A DNA stretch of 48,292 nucleotides, filler included, from Jimgerdemannia flammicorona (GCA_003990765.1; 2 parts of 2 records of this genome joined end to end with filler, not necessarily neighbours in it), one strand, 5' to 3'. Counted from the first letter of the whole stretch, positions 35,613 to 48,292 are shown. Numbers and translations are program-made. Notes: a model not told the origin generated them from the sequence alone.

Positions 35613-35652
<40 letters not shown>
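33566..35652 (+). mobile_element. 5'-truncated L1/Tx1-like non-LTR retrotransposon with poly(A)
   Basis: EQRGFI, VFLDQEKAYD, RGVPQGDPLSPILY, AFADD, GGLGL..RAWWLRR and a C-terminal Cys/His remnant. Poly(A) runs ~35616-35653. CTACAGAAG occurs on both sides as a possible TSD/microhomology. Confidence 0.88.
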
Positions 35653-35655
<3 letters not shown>

Positions 35656-36749
35656 ACAGAAGCCCAATCCACCATCACTCTCAAAAGTAATAAGGTAGAA
35701 GAGTTCTGGAATCCCATCCTTGAGAACAATCCTGATCAATTCTTACAAGGATTGATCTTAATATTCTAAGATCCCAGTATCTAAGTCAGACCCCCTCAAG
35801 ATTCCACCTTTATTTCCTACTTTGTAGAGAAGAACCTTATAGATTAAAGAGCCTCTGATCTTCTTACTTCTGTTACTAAACATGATGATATCATCTTACT
35901 AATTAGTGATATGTGCAAAACATGCAAAATGTATGATATATATGAAATATACAAAATGGACAAAATATTTACTGATCTCATTTCCTTCAAAGATATCCTG
36001 ACCTCTAGCTAGTACTCTGAATAAGTTGATTTGAATCAAATCTGGATTTAATTTATCATATGACAATTTAATTCAAATCTTAAATCCAAAGCCATCTGAA
36101 TCAACTTAGATTAATCTGAATCACTCCATCTGAATCACTCTATCTGAATCATCTATCTGAATTACTCCATTTAAACCATCCTATCTGAATTACTCAATCT
36201 GAATTACTCAATTCAAATCACTCAATTCAAATCACTCAATCTAAATCACTTAATCCAAATTATTCAATTTAAATCCTTCAATCTGAATCTTCATCTAAAT
36301 TTTCCATATGACTCATATATCAGACATATCTATATATATATGCAAATATACATATATATATACAAATATACAAACACACATATTGACAAATCAGTCTTCA
36401 ACAGTTTATAGTACTGATGATACTTCAAGTCAAATATTCTCAATAGTTCCACACCTTCTATATAATACTCACTCCAAAATCTAGTAATATTGTACTAAGA
36501 CAGGAGATGATATTATTTGTAACTATTGTAGATAAATTTTTTTTTTAAAAAAAGAAGATGTACCTATGATATAACTAACACTTTGTTTGATATACACATA
36601 ATACTGTTTCATCTACCTCCTAAACTATACAACCAAAAGTTCAAAATACTTAGTAGTTTAACTTTAAATATACATATATTAATATATAAAAGACAAATAC
36701 TCTGATAAAATCAAAAAGAACACAGAGACAAATAAAATCAATATCTAGG

Positions 36750-39000
36750 CTATGGTGGGTATATTTATCCAATTGCCTGATCATTTCTGTACCAATAACT
36801 CCATTTAATCAAAAATATTTAGCTATACTCTTTAGTAGAATTTTGAAATTGGCTCATTCACTGGATTGTATATAGACCAGTCATTTACAACTATTGAGAG
36901 TGATTAATTATATAGCATATTTGGCCTTCTCAAGTATGATTTATATTTGCTAAGTATAGATACTATTTATAAAGATATCCTGGAGGCCTATAGGAAGGAG
37001 TACAATAATCTCTATCAGATACTTCAGATAAAATAAGAGTAGCACTATGATCTTTATAAGCTGAATTATATATATATATTTATAAAGAGCTTACTAATTT
37101 AATCTCACATTTAATAAGTAGAATTCAGCAGGCAAAATTTCATTTATGATTAATATATGGATATTCCCCAATATAATTTTATTTCTAAGCATTACTAGTC
37201 ATTAGATTGATCTTGATTAGCAGCTTAAATCTCTTACTCTTGACTTCATCAAACTTGCTGGCCCTCATTCTGAAGAAAATATTGCAGATACTTTTATTAG
37301 TTGTATCCAGAAGCTTGAAATTACAATTAAGATAAAACAGGAGGGCTTACTATCAGATCAGTATTTTGAAAGAGATCTTAAAACAAAACAGATTTTATTG
37401 ATTATTTATTTTCATATAAATTTGCCAATCAAATATTTTAAGTACAGATTTTGGCTATTATGATAGATAATACCATAAATAACTCAATATTTTTCTAAGT
37501 TTTAATGAGCAGTCTCAAATAGAAAAATATGACCTTCAGTATAGAAAGCTACCATGTGCAATACTAGGCTCACATACTGAATCTCACTGTTCAGGACTAT
37601 CTTATATATATAAATAAAACATTCAAGAGAGGAGGGGTCTTGAGTATAGTTTTCAAGCTATGCAAACTGATTGTATCAGTCCAATTATCCTCACAATAAT
37701 AAGATAAATTTGCTATATAATGTAGAGCAATCAGTTTAGCCCTAAAAGAGCTGATATTGGATGTCTATATATATTAGAACTCAATATTTGCAATAATCCA
37801 GTGCATACTGAAGTTTTCTATAATATGTATCTTTTTTTTCAGTCAGCTAAAGCAACTTATTTTGGATGATTGAAGTTTTTTTTTTTTAAAAAAAAATCAA
37901 AACAAAAAAAGCCAATAGATTCAATGATTACTACTAATAAAGAAATATAGAGTGAGACTATAGGTGAAAGTAAGTGAGATATACTTAGGAATATTGTCAG
38001 AGTTTTGGAAGTAAGTGATAATTACTCTGACTCTACACTTATTTTGTCTACCTCCACACAATATATATAACACCTTATCATATATAACTGCCAGTGTTTC
38101 AATGATTATATAAAGGATATAGTCAAACAAATGACCCTGACAATAAGCTCTGTAATACCAGTATACAATCTTTTGATTGACTAGCTAGAGAACAAGCTCA
38201 AGGATAGGCTAGAGGGTTGTAGTGATTTATAGTTAAGTCTGGATCAGAGAGATACCATAGAGGTTGCTCTAAGCAAGCTCAGAAAATACTACTCCAAAAC
38301 AGATACTGCTGTATACTCAATCAGTATATATATATTAGCATATGATTATTGCCTTTTCTAAAATAGAGAAACCCCTACAAAACTCACTCTCTTTCTCTAA
38401 ATAGTACTAGACCCATACTTAAAACTACAATACTATAAAGATTAGGGCTGGGAGCAATACTATATTGAGAGAACCAAGCAGGCCATAATTGAAATATATC
38501 AGAAAAACTATGTGCTACTGTAAGGTTCTGGCTGAAGTCTAGATAAATATGCTGAGAGATCTCTCCTATTCTACATTTACTTCAGCAGAAAGAGAAAGAG
38601 AGAGCCATCAGTGAAAGAGTTGCTATCAATAGATAAACTCACCATTTACCTTACCAGCAACTATGTGATCCTGCTGGAGAGCATAGAGGTACTCAACTGG
38701 TAGAAGGTGGGTTGTCAGGCAGATAGTTGGTTATGTTGGGTCAATTTAATCTACCAACTTAACTACCATTCTAACCACTGCTCTACTCACTAGGATGTAT
38801 GGCTGCAGCTATATCAAATGAACTTTTCCAGTCTATATGGTATGGCTTGGAACTATCTAGTGATTCCTGCTACCAGTACTCCCATTGAGTGAGTATTCTC
38901 AGATAGGATAGATCTTGTTGCCCCTAAGAAGTGTATACTACTGAATGCTGAGATAATCCAGATATATATATATCTGAAATCTTAGTAGGGCATGGGCTGC
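36750..39000 (+). pseudogene. hAT transposase (degenerate, probably intron-containing)
   Basis: LIHWIV..QSFTTIE, GKISF..IW..FLSITSH*ID, GPHSEENIA, IDNTINN, AHILNLTVQ, LDPYLKL and the dimerisation-domain motif MAWNYLVIPATSTPIE*VFS. Confidence 0.85.
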
Positions 39001-39147
39001 TAAAATTTGGTAGAATCTAGAGTCTACAGATAAGTTAATTGGCCTTGTAGATTATTTAATACTTTAAAAATAAAAAGGAAAAAAAAAACTGAGAACTTGG
39101 CCTAGAGTTTGTAGCCCAAGTGGGACAGTGGTCAGTGGGGTTAGTGG

Positions 39148-39574
39148 TGGTAGAGAGAGTGCACAAAATTTGCAGCCCTCTATTAGCAGTAAGGAGCAGC
39201 CCCAAGCTGTTAGTGTCTGAGTTGGTAGGTAGAGTCAGTAGAGAGAGTACACAAAATTTGTAATTCTCTGCCAACAGTAAGGAGTAGCTTTAAGCTATAA
39301 GTGTCTGGAGCAGGGAGGGTTGGTAGAGGGAGTGAGATAGATGGGAGAAGTGTACAAAATTTGTGACCCTCCACCAGCAGCAAGGAGTACCCTCAAGCAG
39401 TCTGTATCTAGGCTAGAGGGTTGGCAGAGTTAGTAGAGAGAGCATGCAAAATTTGCAGTCCTCTGCCAGCAGTAAAGAGGCAATCCCAAGCTGTCAAGGA
39501 GTCTGAGTCCAGATCAGAGAGTGCTTCTAGCAGTTAGAGGATGCTTCTAGCAGTTGGAGGATACTTCTAGCAGT
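39148..39574. repeat. Four ~85-110-bp tandem units plus three 20-bp units inside the hAT
   Basis: Recurring AGAGAG..CAAAATTTG....CTCT..CAGCAGTAAGGAG, then (GCTTCTAGCAGTTRGAGGAT) three times. Confidence 0.8.
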
Positions 39575-42538
39575 CAAAGTCTACTATAGATTTAGGTCCT
39601 ATTACTGGTTCAGATCCTATAGGTACCCTGGCTCTACACCATAATACTATACCAGTGGCACTATAAGAGCAGAGCCAAGGAGCTGGTAGGGCCTGACATA
39701 ACAGCTATACTAGTACTATAGAAAGAGATACCTAGCTGCCAGCCTAACTCCTCAAAAAAGACTAACCAATCTGCATAAAATGACAACTAAACCCTTATAA
39801 AAGATTATCTAACCCTCACAAAAACTACTCTACTGGCCTTGATGAGCCTATCATCTATTGTGAGTGTAATGACTATTGTATCTGAGCTCTTCTTAAAGGT
39901 GATGATATCATAGTAGTCATGTGATTAGAATAGAACAGCTATGTTGGCTACAAACAGAACCTCAAAACTATAGGTGAGGTCATACTAGACTCTGCTACTG
40001 TCCTCCTAAGTTGGGTCTCTCCTTTCTAGAATATAAAATATTACCAAGGTGATATTGTTGTCTATATGTATGGACAGAGAAATATTATATTTAATATATC
40101 CTAATATGATTTAAGTATATAGTTGGATGAACCCTTAGTCCAGGACTTCATACTATCAGAAAGTGCTAGAGAATATCTATTCTTCATTAAGCCCCAGGAG
40201 TCCCAGCTTGAAAACCTGCCCAAAATGGATAGTATCCAGTTAGTTCTTTTTATATACAAGAGACAAAAACTTTGGGCTGCACCCAAAAAGTAGAGCTCCT
40301 TACCTCATATGGCATACTAAATTGTACCAAAAATGTACATACAGCTGTGCTAAGATCACTATCAAGCTGGTTTGCTATATACTCCACCAACCTACTCAAA
40401 GAACCCCAGATCATAGCTACCATTACTATATAGGCTATATTGTGCTCATATATAGTTTACTCTTTAACAGTACTTTTAAAGTTCTGATAGGGATACAGAA
40501 TCTTATACATCTCTGAAATTATATCAAAAAGAGTATATTGGTGAGAGATTGATTATCTGGAGAGAAAATAAAATAAAAAAAAAGAGAGATAAGTATAGAG
40601 GATTTCAGAACTTCAGAACTCCAGAACCCACTCTTTATCAGTATTGTGGTATATTCAATTCTCATCCAAACCCCCCCCCCCCTTTCTTGCTTTTTTCACC
40701 TCTTTTTTCCTACTATCCAGTATTTGATATAATCCTTATAAACCTCATTGATGTAGTAGTAAAGCTCATCACTATAGAGATTTCTCACCACTATTGCAAC
40801 CACCTCTCTATAATTATTAATAATGATATAGTTCTTTTCATTGTTGAATATTCAGGCTGGTCAATAGACTCCTTGGTTAAGAATAATTGGCTCTAATTTA
40901 AATGTAGACCCCCAAGTCTTGATAGTGATACTGGTACTACTCATGCTGAACATCTTGCCCTCAAACTTCTCTATTTGATCAGATGCTAGATATAGTCAAA
41001 CTTAGGTAACTTTGAATTCTCTCTTTTAATGAAACTGAGCTCTAATCTAAGGGACCAAGATAAGTATGTGGATGGGTTGTATATGGGTGGAATATATATG
41101 GACAAGTTTTATATAAACAGGTTTTGTGTAGACAGAGTTTCATACAGATGGATTGTATGTAGATAAATTATGTACAGATGAGTTATATGTAGATAGATTA
41201 CATGCAGACAGATTATATATAGGTATTATGTAGGTATTTTTAGGAAAGATCACATAAAAATGAAGTTAAATAAAACATAGAGATGGATATTTCAGAAAAA
41301 GAGTATGAGTGAGTAAGTTGTATACTGATAAGTTGTATGAGTTATATAAGATTGCTCATGAAGACTTACTTCTATTTCTTTTGAGATCTCTACTATACAA
41401 TACATTGACTCAATAGCTCAGCTACTAAAGGTATGCCCCATAATGTCTATCAGCCTTTCTTCATCTTGACCAGATATTGTAAATAAAGTTAGCAGATCTT
41501 GCTATAGAGCTATAGATCTTAAGAAAAGCATGAGATAAATTGGATTATACTGGGGGAAATTAAAAAAATAAACATAAGTAAACAAATGATAGCAGAATGA
41601 GTAACCTATATCTACTATCAGCTACTTCAAAAAGGCTATTACATATATAGCTATAAGGTCTGTGAATTCTGAGATCCAAAGGACTATTGTAAGTTATTGC
41701 CAGAATTCTCTTGTATCCCACTATCACCACTATCATTGCTACCACTATTGCCTCTTTAACTCTTAATGAGCAGCTTGTGTGCTGTCTATATGAGAAAGAA
41801 TTTAACATTATCAGCAGAGAGTATGTTTCTACCTAAAATACTCCCTCTTTTGACAATTATTATAAGATAAAAAAATGAGTAACCTGGACTAATATATGAT
41901 TAAGAACTACTGTTTTGTTTAAAAGAACAAAGAAAAAGAACAAAGAAAGAACAAAAGAAGAGAGGAAATAAAAGAAAAGAAAGAATAAAAGAAAGAATGA
42001 TATTATCAAAGTATAGTAGGAAAAAAAAAATAAAGTGAAAAATAAACAAAAGAAAGAGTGATGTAATTAAATATTTCATGTGATCAGTCTAGACAGATCA
42101 ATCTGGATTAATCCAGATTAGATCATAAGACCAATCTAAGTTGATTCAAATCTATTATATAATAAATCTAAATTGAATCTCATCCAGATCAATTTCATCT
42201 ATTCAGAGTATTATTATTTAGTAAGAGGCTCTAATAGGATATAGTTCTTACTCTTAAGAGAGATCTAGTAGTAAGTCTTAGTAACTATCTTTATCTCTAA
42301 TTTATTAACTTCAGAATAGAAGAGGTTCTAGATATCTGAGGTTTGTATAAAATTGAGATTAAAGATTATAAGAAGTATATTGAAAGATTTGATAGATTTT
42401 CTTGATAAGTCTCTATTTATATCTATTCAGATTAGTTCAGGTGAAAATCTGATCCATAGTAAGGTTTTGATAGTATTGACAGATATAGTAACTGATTTTA
42501 TACTTATATATACTAGATTTCTAAGTAGCTAATAGATT

Positions 42539-42670
42539 GGTCTTTATATGTGAAGAGGTAGGGAGAGGCCCCCCAATGGGGATCGGATAGTGGGTGGTGA
42601 TATTGTATACTTATTCATAGACTGGTAATAAAGACGGAGTCCAAGAGACTATAAAAAAAAAAAAAAAAAA
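42539..42670 (+). mobile_element. Extremely 5'-truncated copy (~130 bp) of the same LINE family
   Basis: Matches the last ~115 nt of 33566-35652 plus poly(A). Perfect 16-bp TSD AAGTAGCTAATAGATT at 42523-42538 and 42671-42686. Confidence 0.9.
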
Positions 42671-44216
42671 AAGTAGCTAATAGATTAATAGATCCTTTTA
42701 ATAAGTTTTCAGTAGTTGAGGATAAAGTATCTTAGGTTCTGACTAGTGAGATTAAGAGTCTTAGAGCAAAAGTTCTTTCCTTTCATTACAATTATAATAT
42801 GATCAAAGAGATAGTTTATAAGACTTTAGAGGGATTAGCTTTAGCAAAATGTTTAGTAATTATAGTGAGAAGACATCTTTGTGATTTTCTGAAGTAGGAA
42901 TAATGTTCAATGCTCTTATCTTTTGTCTGGTATTTATATCTTCTTATCATAGTTACTTTATGCTGATTATAACTACTTTCTATTTTAATATATTTCTAGT
43001 AACTATTTTTTTATTCTATTATAAGATAAATAATCTACTGGTATAAGCTAAATATATACTAGTTATGTAGGAATTGATATAATAATACTGAGTTAAAAAT
43101 ATCTTATTTTTGACTTTAGATGAGAAGTTAGTCACTCTGTTAAGGCATTGGCTTTTAGACTATAGACTGAGAGTTTAAATCTAGCCTTATAACTTTTATA
43201 GTTATTGATATATAAGTACTATATATAGTTAGTATAGCTGTCACATATATATTACTTTGGCTTTATATAATCCTCTATAGTTATTAGAGATTTAGGAAAG
43301 TTCTTCAATAGAATAATCTTTTATTTTCTTTAGTAATAATTATATTAAATAGCTAGATATTATAGGTACTGATCAAATTTCTCAATATATTGAGTAAGGT
43401 TTGACTACCTCATTTAGGATGAGGGTCTTAGTATTAGTTTGACTAGCTGAGAGAAGGTTTGAACTCCACTAGTGACTTCTCTTCAGGGAGATTATTAGTA
43501 CTATATCTTTAGTAGATCTTTTGATAGAATATTCTCTAATTAGAAGCTATTACTATTAATAATTTAAGAGTAACAACTCACAGATAGTCAATATATTTCT
43601 CTTTTGCTAGCTATAATATTTGATTATTCCTTTTGAGTTATTCTATATATTGCTTCTTATCAGTATTTATTATTGATATATTCTAGATAATTATAAGTTT
43701 ATTTTTTACTTAATCTCTCATTTCTATTTTAAACTTTAGAGAGGGGTTTTTTTTATTTTTTTAAAAAAAAGAACAGATTCTCATCTACTTGATCACTTAC
43801 TTTGCAGATAAGCTCTAAACTGAATTATAAAGAATGATGAAATAGTAAAGAAGAGATAGCTAAGAGTAGTAAGATATAAAGATTGGTAAAATAGTAAAAA
43901 ATAATAAGAGAGAGATGATAAAGAATAATAAGAGTAAGATGACAAAAAATATATAATGAGGGTGAGATGGTAAAAGATAATGAAGGCAAAGAGTAATGAG
44001 AGTAAAGAATAATAAAATGATAAAGAATAATAAGTATAAAATATAATAAGATATTAAAAGATACAAAAAGATAATAAAGCCACAGCTCATATTGTAACAG
44101 CTTTATAATGACTTTATAGTATACTATAAATTATTCATTAGATATTTATTTATAGAAATATTCATATAAAAATCAATGCTCGATTTTTCTAGTGATTGTT
44201 AGTAATAAACTATATC

Positions 44217-45409
44217 TTTTTTTTTTTTTTATTTAACAGACTCATATCCCGTGGATTTTTATTGGAAGGGAACCTAGACTATATAGGCCAAAACTCTCCC
44301 CCACCACCCACTAAGCACTGCCCCCCCATTAACCTAGGCTAGCTATTATCCAGTAGCTCGACCATGCTAGGCGCAGTAGGGCTGATAAGCCCGCACCTCA
44401 TTCTGCACACCATGCTCTCTCTACCACCAGGGAAAACCCAACCATACGCCAATGACCGAAAGCGCATGCCTGAGAACCCAACATATGTACAAGGCTACAC
44501 CTGAGCTGAATAGAATAGTCCCTACTACCTCAAAAAGAATGATAGATAAATAAAAAACCCTCATCAAAGTACAACACGGTGAGTAGGATCTAGTTCTCTC
44601 AGTTGAGGTGAGTAAAGGACTTATACGTGAGGCAGGAGGAAACCCCCAATACCCCACTACTTAAGCCTGCGGGCCTTGATCACGTTGCTGTATCAGCTCC
44701 TAGTTCTAGTTGAGTACAGCCAAGATGTCTGAAATAGGTAGCCTTGGGCCTCCTGACCCCCCCTGATGACTGGGGCCCAACCCCGCTGACTACCAAAAGA
44801 AGCCGATAGTGACACCTACCACCTAACTGCGCTGCACCAATCAAAAGGCCCCACCGAAGCAGCACCTACCCCAGTCCTAATGACTGCCCCCAGCCTAGTA
44901 CCCTACTGATTCACCATAATCGCCCTTCCACCTATCTGTGACAGCCATCTCCCCTCCCATCCTGACAACACCCAAAAAGCAGTCACCTACACCAGAACCA
45001 CACTCTCCAGGAAGCTCGCCAAAGCCAGAGGGCTCCACTACAGGCACTGAGGACCTGCAGGTAACCTATACTGAGCACTTGATACTCAAGGTCGACTGAC
45101 TCCCTATATAGTCCAAGACACACCGAGACAACTCCTTGTTGGCAACGGCAAAAGGAAGAAGGCGCTGCACCAAAACGGGTACACCCCAGATGCAGCTGAA
45201 GGCACCAGAATCCACGAAAAAGTAGAGGAAGCACCGATCTGATACTAATAAAGGAGCAACTTATCACTATTGCCCTCCTCCCACCATGCCCCTGCAGGCA
45301 CAGCAAACCAACCCAAGGTAGAGGGGGTAATATTAGAGGAAAGGGGACTCAGAAGGTCGCCTACTAAACCTTGTGACCAGTAAGGTAGCAGAGAAAGGAG
45401 CTGGTGATG
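44217..45409 (-). mobile_element. 5'-truncated degenerate LINE of another L1-like family
   Basis: Poly(T) at 44217-44230. Minus-strand GDLLSPLSSNI is QGDPLSP-like. Flanking TSD AACTATATC at 44208-44216 and 45410-45418. Confidence 0.7.
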
Positions 45410-45531
45410 AACTATATCCTTAATAATATTATTTGGGAAAATGAGGCGTAGCGAATGATGATGACGTAAGAGAAATAGCAGTCCCCATTCATCTTGATAA
45501 AGTGCGTCTTCCTGATTGTCGTACCAATACC

Positions 45532-47627
45532 ATGGCAGAGAGTTCACAACCCCCCACCGATGGCAACGAGAAACCCATCTCCATCACCGTTTTCACGGGG
45601 TTCCTTGGCAGCGGTGAGTTGCTTTGGATGTTATGAAATTTGTGGTTTTGGGCTACCTTGTTTTGAACATGTTTGTGCTAGCTAAAGCTTCGTAAACTAA
45701 GGGTGCGAAGTGCTTTCTGAAAGGGCCTCCAAATCGTCTCGAGCATTCGGCCGTGTCGAACGAGTTTTTGTTTTTGTTTTTTTTTTTCTTGTTTGTTTGC
45801 AAAGATTATTTATTGTACGGAAGTCTCATGCCACTGAGGAACCAATCTTTGACATGTAGGCAAAACAACCATCATCCTCTCCTTATTGAAACGGCTACCC
45901 AAGAATTACAAACTTTGCATTCTGAAGAATGAGTTCGGGGATGTGGAAGGTGCCAACCTTTCATCTTTGTGAGATGGGATTTGTACTTTGCGTATGATCC
46001 GTGCCAAAAGTAATATCACCAAATCTGGGAAATTCTTACGTTGATTCAACACACTTCAGTTGACAGCGAGCTCGCGCGAGAGACCAATATTGATGTGCAG
46101 GAGATGCTGAACGGGTGCATGTGCTGCGTGCTAGTTGGGCAGATGAAGCTTGCGCTTTTGGAGCTGAAAGGTAGGTGAAGGAGCGTCACTTTGTGGCAAA
46201 GTGATGTGAATGATGTCTCATGCAAGCAAATGACGAAGACAACGCACCACATATATATATTTTGTATCGTTTCTCCTATGCCGCTCACGACCACACTCGA
46301 CACTCTGCAACATTCACAGGCAAGTATCATCCCGATAGAATAATCATTGAAACGAGGTACGCGATATATATATTTCGCAATTCACTGGAAAAACATCAAT
46401 CAAGAATGGTATTCATTGCTATGCCTCTTTTATGCATAATTTATTATTGACATTTTTTTTTCTTTCTTTCTTCACGCCATCAGTGGGTCTGCATTTCCTG
46501 GTAAGTGCCTCCTCTGTAATGCACGTATTACATACCAGTTCAAGCTTTTAAGCGGAGAACCACACAAACTTTCAACAATGTCTCGCACCATTATCAATTG
46601 GCTTGTAATCGTAGTTAAACATTAATGGATGAGCGCTCGTTTTGCAATGTTCATGATCCACATTTTGATTCTTATGATGTCCCCTATTCTCGTGCACTTT
46701 GCTTCCAAGCTCCGATCGCATGGCAGATCCGCCAGCTGGCCTCTGACGGCTTCGTCCTCGACTCAATCGTGACCGTGGTTGATTGCGCCAACTTCACGGG
46801 CTACGAGGACACGAGCTACACGGCCAAGATGCAGGCGCAGTACACTGACGTGATATTATTGAACAAGCACGAGCTGGTAAGTGTGCACCTGTTAAAGGGG
46901 GATGTGCGAGATGGAGATTCTTTTGAGGAAGGATTGAGCCTTTGCGCATTGGGCCGAGTTTTTAGGCCATCGTTATAGAGGGCACAAATTATACGGGCCT
47001 GAATCATGAATTTCCCCGGATTTCATATATCTCCTCCTCCAGGTAACCGAACGCCAGTTCGACCTCGTTCTCGACCACGTCAACGAACTCAATACGGACA
47101 CACCCAAAGTCCGCTGCGACCCGCACGGCTCCGTATCACCCGACCTCATTTTCGGGCTCGACACGCGGCTCTTCGAGACACAGTATGAGCGCACGCACGT
47201 TGTCGACGAGCTGCTCGGCACCGGCACCCACGAACACGAGCATCTCGAGGGCGACAATGGGAGGCATCAGGAGAACGAGGTTGACCTTATCCAGGTGATA
47301 CGTCGGGTTGGACAGGGCGAAGCCCTAGCGCGCGACGAATTCGAACGGTTCTTGGGCACCTTGTCCAAGGAAGACGTGTACCGACTCAAAGGATTCGTTC
47401 GGCTGCGCGAAGATAAGGCTGAGACGTTATACATTGTCAATCACGCCTTCGGACGGCATACGTTGACGCGCGTTAGGAATGAGGAAACTTTGGATCGCAC
47501 CAAGGAAGTGCTAGTGAAGGTGACAGTGATGGGACAGGAGCTGAGGACGTACGAGCAGAGGGTGAGGCGCGGGTTGATAGGAGATGATGAAGGTGAGGTG
47601 AAGGTTGTGCTGGCGCACCGGCATTGA
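45532..47627 (+). CDS. COG0523/CobW (ZNG1-like) G3E GTPase metallochaperone, 362 aa; exons 45532-45613, 45860-45949, 46060-46170, 46320-46356, 46484-46500, 46710-46876, 47043-47627
   Basis: Six GT-AG introns give 1,089 nt in frame, with FTGFLGSGKTT (Walker A), NEFG, GCMCC, IIETSG (Walker B), LLNKHE (G4), a His-rich linker and YRLKGF (CobW_C). Confidence 0.93.
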
Positions 47628-47950
47628 CAATAATAAAACTGAAGCCAGAAAGCGGAAAAAAAAAAAAAAAAAAAAGCCACAAAAATATCCATTGAAGATT
47701 TAATTCCTTCCCTGCTTTTTCTCGATTACAATTATACCCAACTCAACCTTGAGGCGTAAAAAAGAGTAGTGCTATTTTAGATGCAGAAATTTCATTGATT
47801 TCTTCATGTATACTTGCTGCTTTTAGTGTGACGAATTTTATGACCATTAAGAATATTAATGAGACGCCCTTAAAATTGACTGCGCTATCTCATGACATGG
47901 AGGCTTTGCATAATATGCATAATGCATAATTTGTTTGATCCTTTTTCGTA

Positions 47951-48292
47951 TTAAATGCACGGAATCGGTCCACAATCGCGTGAAACTAAGTGCACGATGA
48001 ACACCGACTGTTTATTGGGTTGACTCACTCAGCGTCAACATAGACTTACAGCCCCAGGGTCTCGGAGCGGTACGCCACGTTCGTATCCTTTCATGTGATA
48101 CTCGTGTGGTTCTAAATTGCCGCTCGCAGCCAGATGCGCTAGAAGAGGCAGTTCATATCGTCGATCTAGGCGCGTACAAACTTCGTCGTCATGATATCAA
48201 TTTGCAGAAAAGGAGCCAATGTATGCTCTTACTTAAACCATGGGAGATCTTCAAAGCGTTCCTGGTGAGGGCTTTTTCGGCCACTCAAAAAA
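47951..48292 (-). other. Possible 3' exons of a convergent host gene, truncated by the window end
   Basis: CpG-normal sequence with GTAAG donors. It can be spliced to ..ALKISHGLNRRYELPLLAHLAASGNLEPHEYHMKGYERGVP.., but no family was recognised. Confidence 0.25.

Larger units (their letters stand above)
36010..42213 (+). mobile_element. hAT-superfamily DNA transposon relic
   Basis: Terminal inverted repeats TAGTACTCTGAATA / TATTCAGAGTATTA, subterminal ATCTGAAT/ATCCAGAT repeats at both ends and an internal transposase. An 8-bp TSD is not recognisable. Confidence 0.75.

Noticed and set aside
36002..42221. 8-bp TSD for the hAT element
   Set aside because: The flanks (CCTCTAGC versus TTATTTAG) do not match convincingly even allowing for transitions.
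42214..43740. Further TE relic in AT-rich, CpG-free DNA
   Set aside because: Probably repeat-derived, but no diagnostic motif could be read, so it is left unclassified.

Overview
Eukaryotic, intron-containing DNA that looks fungal. The gene content and style suggest an early-diverging (Mucoromycota-like) fungus, but that is inference only. Two intact host genes sit among transposon relics that are heavily C>T/G>A-mutated: a BTB/POZ-SPRY gene (19233-20738, 2 exons) and a COG0523/CobW-family zinc-chaperone GTPase (45532-47627, 7 exons). The relics are a chromovirus 3' end; a complete Ngaro-type tyrosine-recombinase retrotransposon with split direct repeats (2021-17538, minus strand); a 10.3-kb dUTPase-bearing Ty3/Gypsy element nested inside it (5556-15864); a Copia relic; four L1/Tx1-like LINE pieces; and a hAT transposon. 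An artificial 100-nt N/TTAATTAATTAA spacer at 24099-24198 means the two sides may not be contiguous. The standout is a 9,006-bp palindrome (24544-33549) made of two head-to-head copies of an endonuclease-less Penelope-like retroelement. Each arm is 4,413 bp with an outward-facing oligo(A) tail. The arms are joined through a 200-bp module bounded by inverted repeats and rich in hairpins. ORF1 and the RT ORF are linked by a canonical -1 frameshift signal (A AAA AAC plus a stem-loop).
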